Shown in pieces: positions 27,295-40,411 of a DNA stretch of 64,000 nucleotides (position 1 is the first letter of the stretch; each line of letters opens with the position of its first letter). The notes below the pieces were generated by a model that saw nothing but the letters and a program-made list of their open reading frames with translations, was not told the DNA's origin and searched no databases. Both the position numbers and the translations under genes were made by a program. Source of the stretch: Guillardia theta CCMP2712. Its lineage: Eukaryota > Protista > Cryptophyta. Location of the stretch: contig NW_005434615.1 of assembly GCF_000315625.1 (NCBI RefSeq), positions 130,852 through 194,851 of the forward strand, given 5' to 3'.

Positions 27295-27530
27295 ACTTAC
27301 CCGGACCGGCCCGTGACCGGCGGTGCGGCGCCGAGGCTGAGTGAAGACAGTTTACTCAAAGTGAGGCCGCAGTACGGCAGGCGCCGTGAGCGGCGACGGC
27401 AGGCTCCGAGGCTCTGTGAGCCACACGGCCCCGGCTGATCCCCCGGCCCGGCGAGCCTGTCAGGCTGTTAATACAGTGCCAGTGCGACCGCGGCGCCGGG
27501 CCCGGGACTCCGGGCCGATCATCGGGGCAC
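27295..27530. promoter_or_regulatory. GC-rich CCGG/GGCC-dense island in a divergent intergenic region (candidate bidirectional promoter)
   Basis: Dense CCGG, CCCGGG and GGCC runs between the NF-YC gene (minus) and the receptor gene (plus). Similar islands occur at ~42470-42570 and ~45420-45495. Confidence 0.35.
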
Positions 27531-27602
27531 AGCCTAGACACTACCGTTACATCATCGGTTATTGGCTGATCTAGCAAACTCCCCGAGCGCTATGGCTTGA
27601 GC

Positions 27603-30600
27603 ATGAATTCGAGGGGCGAGCATCGTGCCTTGCTCTCCCTCATCCTCCTTGCTTCCTCGCTCTCCTTGAGTATCGGAACAGTGACCGTTCCTCCAAATGA
27701 AAATGCACAAAGCATTAAGGTGGAACAGGTTGTTTCTATCCAAACCGTCGATGACCAAAATCTGTTGCTGCTCAACCTCAATGATTTTGTAAACCCTATT
27801 TACGAAGGTTCTCTTTCTAACAACAAAGGAATTTCAATCCAGCGCAATACTCTTGGATCTCTATTCTATGTTACAAATTTGCCTCATATTGGCGAACTTT
27901 TGCAAGCATACCGACTGTCGCCGTGCTCCTACGTTTGGCCTTCGAGCTGTCAGGCTTGCTGTAATGATGCTGTCATCGCACAAGGAAAGAGGACTGATGA
28001 TTTGTTGTACAGGCTATACTGCCTCAGGAGTCCCGCTCTCTGCACCATGTTGCTCAAAGGTGGACTCATCTGGAACGAAGGTCTTCAATGTGGGTGAGGC
28101 AATAACTGATACGCCTTCGACGGTATGATTTTCGAAGATTGAGTACCTTATTGATATGATTCCAGGTCACTGCTCATGACTCTGGAATTCTCTGGTTTCG
28201 ACCACCAATATCTTTGTTTACCAATCAGAGCCAGCCAGTTTCTGGGTATAACACGTCTGTCAGTTTCGCTGTAGACTTTTGGATCCTACGATCACCACCC
28301 TCATCCGTGCCAAATGGGACAGAGTCTAGTTGTAGCCTTGATCGATCGAAATGCAAAGGATCTGGTGATATCCACAGCAAGTTTTGTGGAACATGTACCA
28401 ACTCCACATTTCATTTCAACATCAGTATACAGATTCAATTTGGGAAAAAGTATCCTCAAGTTGGATTTGGTGGACAAATGCTCTCTTTTGACGGTAGCTA
28501 ATCCTCGGAACGAGAGCCATGTTTTCTGATTGGATTGCAGGTGGAGATGATTTTATGATTTTTTCCAATGACAACTTCCCTCAATACGAATTCAGTATAC
28601 AGTTATGGATACAACATGATAAGATTCATTCTGGTCAAACCTTGCTGACAATTTGGAGTGATGCAAGAGGAAGGGAGTTTGAGATAGCCGATACATCAAA
28701 CCTTCATTTTTATCATTTGAACAATCGTTCCTTGAACAGCGGGGTAGATGATCTAGTATTCATTTTGTGCCAGGGGTCTTGACTGATTTTCAAGGTGGGG
28801 ATAAACGACGGATTGTGGCATCATCTCGCGTTTAGCTGGAGGCTCGTCTGTTCTGTATGAGCTCGTATCGATTATGCGCGCTCTGATGTTGAAAAAGGAT
28901 CCTCTTCAAGGGTCGACGTATTGCTTTCAGAGTGAAAGCTGTCAAATCGAGCGAGATTGCATACATGTTGAAATCGCCATATTTGTCGATGGTAGTTACA
29001 GGACATCGGTGAATTTGATCACGAATGTTATTGTTTCCTGAATCTTTTACACGTAATGTACAGTCTTACCTGCCAGCAGTTACATTGTCACCTCAAGTAT
29101 ACTTCATGTAACAAGAGAAGAATACGACTGACACTTTTCGATAGAACGAGGTTGTCATTGGCCAAAAGATGACAAAGAAATATCAAACTGCAGAATCAAC
29201 ACTCAGGGAGAGGTTTTTGTTTTATTGATTGTTGGTTATTCCCAGATGATTTTTTTTCAGATTCTATCAACTTGTGACCAGCAAAAAATCTACTTCTGAA
29301 ATCAACACTCCATACACCGACAATGAACTGCTTTTGATGTTCAATCGATTACGTAAACATGAGAGAAATAATTTGGAGTGATTCTCCCTAATCTCGCAAC
29401 AGGTTCCAACTACTTGAACAATGCACAATTATTTGAGGGATCTGTTCCACAAGACAACAGGTGTATTCAATTGAGGGATACAATTTGAAAAACATCTCGT
29501 TAACTTTGTGATCGCTCAGATGGAGCGAATTTGTGGAAGATGAGCCCTGGAGAAACCTGTTTTACAAATATTGCGAATTGATGGCTCCTGGAGGATACAG
29601 TCCTTGGGCAGCCCTGAGCGCAAACATCGATGAATTTCGGCTCTATGGATATTTCAGAACACAATGGGATATTCAAATTGCCTATGACGTCGCATTGAAT
29701 GGAGATGCTTTTTACACATTCAATCCAATAGAAGCAAATTACAGCCTGCTGATCTACTATAGTTTCGACTTTTATGGAAAAGATTACCTCTCGACATCAA
29801 GAGATAACTTTCGCGAATGGCCCCTTCAAGTTCGAGATGAATCGGTCAACAGGTATCTTTCCTGTCTCTTCTGCACTCATTGAGTTTTGTTGCCAGTGCA
29901 AATTCACCTGGAAGTCTGGGAGGAGGTGAATTTCTTTGGGCGCCCATGCAAGTTGCTTCGACAGCACCCATCTACGGTTCACGAACAATTCAAATTGTTC
30001 TACCAGATTCGACCCAACCGATTCCTTTGAATCTCATTAGTATTGCGTTTGAAAAAGGATTGGACCAATCAGCAATCTTTTCTCGTGTGGAGACGAACCC
30101 TTCTTTTGGTGAAATCTACCTTGGAGCTGATGACTGCGACAATGTGGAGGTAGTGTGTGGTCCTGGCTACACTTCCTGCCCCGATCTTCCTTCAACAAGC
30201 AACAATCAACAAGTAATCTACAGACCCAAGGGATGCAAGGGAAGCATCATTGGAGTAGAGGTGATTAGTCCACAAATGAAGGGTTGCAAACCGGGAGTAT
30301 TGATCACCGCGTCAGATGGAGGTATTTGTGTGAACTCCGCACTGAGCATGGAGCTGAATTCTATGATCTTGTTCAGGTTCAGGTCGAAACGTGTTGGGAA
30401 ACATAACACAAGTAAGCACCGATGGAGGTGTGAGTCGAGTCGACATGATCAACATGGGAGAGGGGTATGATTGGACTTACGCACATCCTTCCATATTGAA
30501 ATTGGATGATCCGTCATGTATCTGCAATGGAGTAAGTATACCTTGTAATTCAGTCTGCTTTCTATGCTAAACGATTTTACTTTTGCAGTCTCAAGGAGTC

Positions 30601-33600
30601 AACAGCATTAATAATTGTCTAGAACCATTGATCTCAGCTGGAAAGGGAAGGAATGACGGAGTGGATTTTGTGGGTTTTGAGTATGGAATTTTCATTGGTT
30701 CGATTCAGACCTTGCATGCATTTCCTGTCATGTACAAAGTTTCTTGTACCCCTGGAGATTGTGTATCAATTAAGCCGCGTCCTTGTTTGTGGTCCTGTCA
30801 TAGATCGGTGGGATGGATGACTGACGTCAAAGCTGTTGCAACACAATTCTCGAAACGAATGGTTGGGTCGTTTTCCGAATATCCGTCAGGCGACACACGT
30901 CCAACTGCCTACTGGTCGAACTCACAGCATGTGTTATGGTACGTGCCGACCCATCTAGGTGAAGCAAACTATTACATCAAAGATAGCACAGGCTTTCAGC
31001 TACTTCAAGGTACCCCTTAGCTCTATTGCTGCAGTATGACCCATATGACTGACTGCCGCTTCTTCAGATACCATCAAGGATGAATTCATCATCAGAAAAT
31101 TTGATTACCTTCCTGGAAGTGAATTTATCGTCAATACAAATAGTCCTCCTCCTTTTGTGCACGTCTGGTTTCAAATCATTCTTGAAAAATTGGCCATTCC
31201 TCTGAATTCTTCTATCACCTGGCAAGAAAGCAGTTCAATGTTGATTCATCTGCAAGTTCTCGATTATCACAGGGGCACAAGTGTGCTAAATGCCCCATTC
31301 TCAGTCTTTGTGAATACACCAGTTCGTGGACAATTGTATCAAGCAGAAAGAATCTCAAAGTCTCATCCTGATTTTCCTGGAAAGTGCGTTTGTCCCCTTG
31401 CACCTCGGTTTCCGACTTTGACGAGGCAGCCTGAAAGCTTGTATTATCCCGCAAACACAACACTTCCTGGATCCTATGAATGCGATCTTGAATCTATTGG
31501 TGAATTTTGCTTCATGAAAGGAGATTTGATCGCGAACAATGACACAGAAGTTACCAGTTTTATTGAAACAAGAGTGATTCCGGGTTTTCAACATGCAAGG
31601 GATGGTTTCTTTGTGATATATGAGATGGAGAAATTTGAAAGCGGATCTTCACAATTCAAATGGTATATCAAACATCCTCAAGGGCAAGAAACGGAAGCTT
31701 TTGTTGATATACATGTCAGATCTGTGAACAATCGTCCTGTTGCATTGAATTCCTCGGTAGAAGTGCAAGAGGACACAATAAGTGAAATATATCTCAAGAG
31801 CAGAGATCTTGATGATCAGAACAGACCTCAGACGTTTGTGATAAAACCGCCAATTCATGGTACATTGTATCAATGTGTTTCAGCTTCGAATTCTTCATCA
31901 TGTGCTGTGGGAAATCGTTTGAGTTCCGTCAACGAATCAATTTTTCAGTGGGCGAACATCTCTGTTGTCGACACAGGAGCGATAGATGACCAAGATTACC
32001 CCGTTGTCCAGGTTGTGAATCGAGCTGGAGAAGATTTACGAATGATGATCAATCGAAAGGATTCTAGCATAATTCTGAATTCTGGTTACGGGTACAACTC
32101 ATGGAGTTTCAACTCCAGCGATAATGGAAATTTCAAAGCACTTTGTGGAAGGAGGGGCACTGTGGCGGCTGACGTCACCATTGAGAAGAGTGTCTATCTG
32201 ACCGGCATGGAGATCTTTTACCCCATTCGATTTGACACTCCGTTCCGCATACTGGCAGAGCGACCAGCAGTCTTCAACGATGATTCTCATGACTATAACG
32301 AGGAAACTGCAACCCGAACTTTGCAGGACATCCCACTTACAAGTCGGAAAGTTGATCTCACAAATCTATCTGGTTATGACTCTGGTAGCCTCCATTTTGA
32401 CAATGAAGGTTACCTGGTTTCCTCTGAAGAATATACTCTGAATCGTGTTTCTTGTGCAAACAACGATCACAGTCAATTGAGCGTGTGCTCACAGGTATGG
32501 AACAGTACAGCCGGCAAAGGTCGATACATTGTTGGAAGACAGCATCACAACTTCTTAAGTCACTTTGACACTTGGTTCGAGAACTATGGTGGGAAGGATA
32601 TTCTCAACGAAATACATGGACGAAGATACCCAGAAAACATATGGTTCGAGCTTTTCAGAGGACTGCCCAATCAGGTGCAACGTAATAACAACCTCTTGAG
32701 TCTTGACTTCGAGAAAACAATATTTCAGTCTTCGCACTTGCGACTTGAAGCCTGCAGCCAAGATGGTAGAACATTTAATGGGCAAAATTTGAACTTTCTA
32801 CAATTTGTCAAAAAGATCCGCGTGATGGGCACCTACTCTAAGGCGCCGAGGGGAATGATTCAAAATCAAGAACGCAGAGTCGTGTACATACCATTTCACA
32901 ACTTTGCTGGAGAGGACATGTTTACTTTTGCTGTTCGAGATCATGGAGGAAACGCTGCAACCTCTTCATCAAGATTCTCACAGCAGATCCACTGGTCGCC
33001 AGAGGCCTACGTGCGTATCACAGTCAAGCCAACAATTGACTTTCCGACAAGCTCTAATGTACTCATCAATCAGAAATATACTGACAACAGTACGTTTGTT
33101 AGGTTTCCTTTACAGGGAGTGCAGCCAAGCCCTGATGGAGCTTACCTTATAGACCATTTCGCTCTCGACGTGACATCGTTCCCCTCTCACGGTTCCATCC
33201 GAAGCCAATCAGGAAATACCTTAACAAGCACACTAAGTCAGTTCAGTGGTTTCTTGCTGTACCAACCCAATCCCACAACTTGTGGGCTGCCATATTCACG
33301 TCTTCAATATCGGCTTATCAATGCCACTGAAGGTCAAAATTTGCCTTCTCTTGTGAATTATGGAGGCAATGCTCGATTTGATGTTAGGTGTGGGTCAGGA
33401 AGCTTCTGTCAGCATGCAGTTTCAGGTCAGGTTGGATGGTTTGGAACATGTCAACCCTGCCCTAGAGGATACTATGGAATGACATCTGCCATCAGTAATC
33501 AATGTCAGAAATGTCCTGCTGGTCAATATCAAGATGAGCTTGGTTCATCCACATGCATTTTGTGTCCGCCAGGATTTTTCAGTGGCTTTCCTGGTTCTCC

Positions 33601-36600
33601 TCAATGCTCGGCGTGTCCTGCCGGCACTTACAGCGAAGCGTCAGGACAGACAAAGTGCACCCCATGCATTGGCGGAACGTTCGCCTCGTCGTCAGGATCT
33701 TCGAGCTGCAGCAAGTGCGGGTCAACACACTTCACCTACACCGGGGGATCAACATCATGTACTCCATGCCCCAACAATACGAGGACGATCAGTGACAGGG
33801 CAGATGGAATCAACAAGTGTGTCTGTGCTTTCGGAACCTACGACGTGCTTGGTCGGGCCGGGCATCCTTGTTTCCCTTGTCCTCATGGCGCGTATTGTCA
33901 TGGGGGGACCCTGCTGCCCGTTGCAAGGACTGGTTATTGGACGTCACAAGCGTACTGGACCCAAGATAGGTATGATCCAGCTGTGAGTGCGGTCTATCCC
34001 GGACGAGCAGTGTTTGCTCCTTGTTCATTCAACTACATCCGCGGAGTATGTATAGGATACCCCGATGTGAACGTGCAGGAACGAGAGGCTATCTGTCTCT
34101 ACCGGAATGACATCCTTGTGTACGGACCAGAACGCTTAGACATCTACACATCCGCTGGGATAAATGTCAACCAGACGAACTGTACACTTCAATATGGCAT
34201 TAATAACCATTCGGTTCAAATCGACAACATTTCCTACTCAATCAATGCTCACTGTTCAATGGGTTATACAGGAGTCCTTTGCAGCACTTGTGCACCAGAG
34301 TTTTATCGATTCATCGATGGACTGTGCTATCTGTGTCCATTCAATGACAACTTCTTTGTAATGCAGGCTCTTTATTTTGCATATGCAATCGTCGTGTCAA
34401 CCATGTTGTGGGCTTTCGTCTTCTGGATGATTCCATCTCGAGCACGATCCATGTATATGATAATAACTCACGTTCAGCTTCTGGCTGTCTTTGGTAAATA
34501 TTCCATTCCACTAGAACGAAATGCGCAGAGGTTGTTGAGCATGCTCTCCATTTTCAATCTCAATTTCAATGGAATCCCTTGGAATTGTTTGAATTTGATG
34601 CCTTCGTCGTACTTTTGGAGCTGGTCCTTTCAACTAGCAGTACCACATGCCTTGCTTCTGATTTTCAGTGGCTCACGTTACATTCAGATTTACAATCGAA
34701 AGAAGGTTTTAGACGAGTATGAAATCAAGGTAACTCAACAAAAGCTGCTTGTGGGTGACATAAACAACAAGTCAAGTGTGAAACAATCGAAAAAGTCTGG
34801 GAGGTCGAACAAGATCAAGCCTCTCTTCTCTGCGCTTGAGGAGGATGCTACAGGAGAGGAAAACACCAACCTTGACACCCTCTTCGATGTGCAGGAAGAG
34901 GTAGCAGAAGAGTCGTCAGAGGAGCTTAGGTCGAGTAAGGACCGTGATTCGTTGAAGATCTACACCAGGCAGGAAATAGAGGAACAAGTTCAGGAAGTGA
35001 TTCACTACAGCATTGTGTATAGTCATTTTTTAACCGTTACGGTGGCTTCGCTCCTTTTAGAACCATTTGCTTGCACTTCAGTATCAGAGAATTTTCAGTA
35101 TTTGGGCTCATATCCAGATTTTTCTTGCTTCAGTGCATCTCACAGCATGATGAAGTTTCTGTCGTACACATTAGGCTTTATATGGTTCATTTTATTTCCA
35201 GGCTTGACTTTGTACATTCTCATTCAAGGCTGGAATTTTCAGAATCTTGGTGAAAATCGATATTTGCGCCAGTTTGGCTGGTTAACTAGTCAGTACGAAA
35301 TGAGATATTATTGGTGGGAATCAGTTCATACAGTTCGAAAGATTCTAGTCGTGGTTTTGGCTCATATCTTCAAAAATAACGGATACGTGCAGCTAATGAT
35401 TTTAATGTCGTTCCTCTGTCTCAACGTTTTCTCGTCACTCTACTTTAGACCTTACAAACGTCACGATACAACGTTCTTGAACTTGTTCTGTTAGCTCACT
35501 TCCTGCTCTGTGTTGCATTTTCGTACATTTACCTCGTCGGATCAGATGGAATGGAGATCTTCACAACAGTATTTGGCAGCAGCAATGAAATACAAAGAAA
35601 AGTGATACCACAGCCTCAACCTGGAATGTCAAATATTGCAAATAAGATTGTAAACACGGATGCTTTGTATCAGCTCTCGTTTCATGTAACCTTTTTGGTG
35701 TCGTTTGTCTTTGCCGGTTTCATTTTTCTCCATGACCTTCATGAAGTGAAGATGCAATCGCCAAAATGGGTTCTAATGTTTTTCAATGCCATCACCGGTT
35801 TGTCATTTTTGAAATATGAGGAATATACATCTTATTTTGGCTTGATCTGGAATTCTTTGCTCTTTAGACTACGTAGGCAGCGCAGGCCGCCACCTACAAT
35901 TTCTGAACTCAGATGGGTGGAACGTGTGATTTCGAACGCTCATGTTACTCCCAGGCTGTATTATCATGATTGCAAGACATTTGATGAGATGCTAACAAAT
36001 GTCCATGAGAGCTATCAGGAGGAAGATTGGGCTAAAGACGAATCCACTTGTTTGAGTTACATTCATGCTTTGGACCAGTACGTGTTTTCATATGAAACAT
36101 TGTATTCCAAATCTTTAGAGCTCTATGCTCTTGAGAGAGAGCGAAATAAGGCCAAAATGTACATCTTGTCAAGTATAAATGCCAGACTTCAAGCTCTAGA
36201 ACGAAATGTGAATGTGACAATAGGAGAGAATGAGAAGAAGTTGAATCAAATATTTGATTTGGAGAGGTCTAGGCAAAATTGTGTTGCTTTGCAAGAGGGC
36301 ATCCGACATCGGGGGCAGCTGACAGCAGAGCAATCAGCTGAGCAGAAAAGAAGGTTTGTTGACGTTGAGGAATGGAAGAGGATGTATGACAACGAGAGGA
36401 AGAAATCTGAGGTGAGTGCTTTATCCCTATACAAACGTGACTGAATGTTTGCCTTGCAGATTTTGCGACAAAAAGTGGAGAAGGCTAGGAAAGAACTTCT
36501 GCTGTATCATATAGAACATTCATCGTCATCTGACAGCGAAGAGAATGATGAATATCTTCGTCGTCAAGTGGAAGAGTATATTGAAAGCATGACTGCACAA

Positions 36601-36651
36601 GACTTCGTCGAAGAAGGAAAGATCGAACCACTTCCCAAGTTTTATGAATGA
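27603..36651 (+). CDS. Large multi-exon receptor-like membrane protein: signal peptide, LamG/pentraxin-like domain, cadherin-like/Ig domains, Cys-rich ephrin-receptor-like (GCC2/GCC3-type) repeats, multi-pass (7TM-like) domain, coiled-coil tail
   Basis: Signal MNSRGEHRALLSLILLASSLSLSIG. LamG motifs FSIQLWI, INDGLWHHLAFSW, IDEFRLY. Cadherin-like VRSVNNRPVA...VQEDT and YIPFHNFAGEDMFTF. CPAGQYQDELGSSTC-type repeats at 33440-33900. TM region with YEMRYYWWESVHTVRKIL and RPY..(1-nt frameshift at 35470)..NVLE. Many short introns at 28100-31070 and 36412-36459. Confidence 0.8.
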
Positions 36652-36681
36652 TGATTTTTGTAAATAGACAACACATTGCAC

Positions 36682-39600
36682 TCAATAGTTTTGAATCCGT
36701 CTCCGCGGGTTCGCTGCTTCGCTGCTGTTTCCCTTCGGACTTCCTCGTGCTCTTGGCTTCATGTTTGGACTTTGAACAGGAGAAGGGAGAGCGACTCCGT
36801 AGAACTTGCCGTGCGTTTGCAGCACAATGTTGATAGCGCGAGTCAACCCTGTTGATTCATCTCCCCCCCAGTCCAAGGACGTCTTATCCCTGATCACCTC
36901 ACTGAGCCAGCCCCACGAGACTTCATTGAAGCCGTTCTCCAGCACCTGCACCAACTCAGATAGCCGGCGGTCACTCGCATGTCTTACTATGCAGAGAATT
37001 TCCTTGCCAAGTTCAAACGCCAGCGCTCCTTCAAATCTACAAGTGGGACACTCCTTGTACTCCCTAGTGATGCAACAGATGACCAAGGAGGAGGAAGCGA
37101 TGGCTTCAGCAGTCTCATTCTCACTGCTTGAGCTCTTCGACCAGAGAACAAACCCATGACCTGCGAGCCATCAACACAGCAGACACAAAGATGTTTGCGG
37201 CACAGCCAATACCATCTAACTTTTCTTTCAGTGCCCTAACTTTTTCAGGCTGATTTTCAGGAAAATAACTGAGATACACATGCTTTCCTTTTTCTGGATC
37301 ATTGTGTTGTCGAGCCATATTGACGATCTTTGCATTCTAGGAAATCAAACAATAAAAACATTTGAAATATCTTGTTCTGATGGATTACCTCGCTTTGCTT
37401 GGTAAGTATCCATATCATTCTCTTTGCTTTTCTTGAAAATCCCCACCTATCATCGACATGCGATCTGTAGTTTTTCAAAGTTTCCAGGACGCCACAAGTT
37501 AACATTCGTCGCCTTCCCAAATTGTCACGAGCGAATGAGAGAAGAAGCATTGACAGCAGCGGCTCACCGACACTCCGCAGAGAACACCAAGTGCTCGAAG
37601 CAAGACATCGCCAGTGATTCCTCGACCTTGCTCAAGCCGACATTCAGACATCGGCATAGGAGATCGATCTGCATGATTTGAGATGAGTGAAGGGGTATTA
37701 AGAGGAGGTGCTGCTTTCAAAACTCCCAAAAGACTTACCAGACCAAGCTCAGCAAGAAGGTCCTTGTTCTTGTCACATTTTGTGAGATTTGTCAGCGGCA
37801 GCAAAGCTGTGTATGCCGTCCATGCCACCCCGGCCCAAATCTATTCAGACAGACAGATTACAACTTGTCAATAAATTTAAGTTTTCAGCACTTTGCCGTC
37901 TAAGCCATGTCTCAAGCATTTGATGATTGTCTTTAAACAATCAGCATCTGCTGCAAGAAAAGAATCTTCGAGGCTCCCTGAAAGATTCGCCACAGCCATG
38001 AGCTGTGAAAACAAAGTGAGTTGAAACTTGGTGGTCGTAGAGCGCTAATACAGTATCAGCTCGCATGGCTTTGTACTCATCCCCATCTCCAAACAGTCGT
38101 TTCTTTTGTAGCAAGGTAGGAATCAGAGCTTCTTCCACCACTCGAACGGCAATTAGCGTCTGAGACAAGTGAGATCGATTCACGACTGCTGACGGGCATA
38201 CCTTCCTGGCCTGGGGGTAGGTGCTCAGACAATGAATGGCTCCGATCGCTTTTGCTTTCGTTCTCTGTGCTCTGCCTCCGGAACCGCAGAGGTTCTGAGA
38301 GACAGGGTGAGGAGTCGCTCTCGACGCCAGCATCAAATGACCTTGAGAGCCTCGATCGTCTCCATGCGTGATGAGATGTACTCAGCCGCGTTTGAGCTAT
38401 ACGCTGCGCAGTTGTTGATGACCCGTGCTGCCTCGTGCTTGCTGTTCACATTTCCGTTGCGCAGAACGTCTCTGTGTAGCCGTCATCGTCAGAGAGCGAA
38501 GCAGCGAAGCAGGCTTTACGTTAGCCCTTCCAGCATGCCATCTGTAGTGACGATAGTCCAGCAGTTGTCGGTCATCAGAGCGTCGGCAGCTCCACTGGCC
38601 TCCATCACCGACGGCGGGAGGGCCTGTGGAGACGTTCAGGACTGAAGCGCAATCCAACGATGAGCCTGTGTGATACCTGTCCCAGACATCCAGGGTTCTG
38701 AAACGCTATGTTCCCAAGGGCTCTACTTGCCTCGTACCTTGAGATCCATATGAGGAACACTCAACCAGGCCAATACACGAACCTGCATCGTTCTGATCTA
38801 GACAAGAGCAGATGAGCCAGTGCTTGAAGCATGTCAGGACTTCTACAAATTTGTGTCTGGTTCTGACGCCATGTTGGACAAGTTCTGACACAACGACCGA
38901 TCATTCTACATTGAAAGAAGAGGTTGAATCTTCATACTCTCGAACTATATCGAAGACATTTTTTGCAGCTGCAGCAGCCTTGGAGGGATCTGCGCTGCGC
39001 ATCTTGACAACAAGCTCTGAAATGAGAAGACTCTGAATGATGCTTTGAAATTGCAAAATCATCAGCTGTCTCGCCATCTTTTCTATTTAGTACCTTCCAT
39101 CGGGCAGCATACTATCGAAGCTATTTGTCAAACCTGCCATCCTGTTACTCCTTCGCCTAGACAAGCTTGCACGGACTGTCAATGCTATTCGTGGGGGATG
39201 ATCTTCCATCCGAACGAAGCGAAGATCCTCTCTCAGATCCTGAGTCTGTTGTCTGCAACAGGCAAAATGAGCACATGCATGGAACGCCGGGAAATTTTAT
39301 ACTTGCAGCGTGAAGAAAACTGGTAAGCGAGTTTCAGCTTTGAATTTTCCAACTAAACGTCCGCTTGCTCTGTATTCATTGCTTGACCCAGCTTTAGAAG
39401 AGACGCTGTCAACGGTGCGCTGGTCAGTCGGACTGGACTTGCATTGGATCTACTGTTGCATACCTGACCTCCTCCACTTCTTCAACCTCCTCATCTATCT
39501 GTAACCCATCAATAGTGATGTCTGCTGTTCCATCCACAGCGAAGGGCTCAGGTGCCATGCACCCTGACGGCGTGAACTCCGGGGCCTCCGCATCCAACAC

Positions 39601-39699
39601 CGTGAACCTGCGCCGAGGAACAGCAATCAGAATGTCCACATGAGTCAAGGCCTCTACTCACCTGCTCCTGGACTGAGACTCGTCTGCTGGGTTCTTCAT
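36682..39699 (-). CDS. Multi-exon protein with armadillo/HEAT-like helical repeats and a C-terminal TIR (TIR_2-like) domain
   Basis: TIR motifs HVYLSY..., EAIASSSLVICCITREYKECPTCRFEGALAFELGKEILC and WGWL. ARM-like exons KHEAARVINNCAAYS, KAKAIGAIHCLS and ALLPLTNLTKCDKNKDLLAELGLVSLL. Probable ATG at 39699. Exon boundaries are approximate. Confidence 0.7.
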
Positions 39700-39975
39700 G
39701 CTCTGTCTTTGCATGTGCGAGTGGTTCCCTCTCAGAGCGCTCTAAGAGCCGGCGGAGGGTTCCCCCTCTACCATGGCGGCCAGTCGGCACACTTTTAGTT
39801 AATATGAGGGGATAGCGGACCAGAGTGCGGACCTACAGCACTGAAAGCGATCACAAGGGTAGGAATCAATCGCTGTCTTTCCATTTGAACTTAATAAGGT
39901 TCTGAGGTGGATCCGATAATTGAAGGTCTAACAAAAAAAGTGGAGGATGGGCACCATATGACTATTGGCGCTAAT

Positions 39976-40193
<218 letters not shown>

Positions 40194-40411
40194 AGCTCTG
40201 TCGCAGTAGATGCAGCATAGACAGATGATGTAAGGACTCAATGTAATTCTCCACATCATAACCATTGAGGTACATTGACCTCTCTCCTGTAAAGCCTGTT
40301 GAATTACGACTATTTTCAAAGATCTGTTTCCATTCTTTGTCATGTTTTTTCTAAGTGACTTTTGACAGATTGGTTGAAAATCCCTGCTTCTCCAAGTTAG
40401 CTTGAGCTCTC

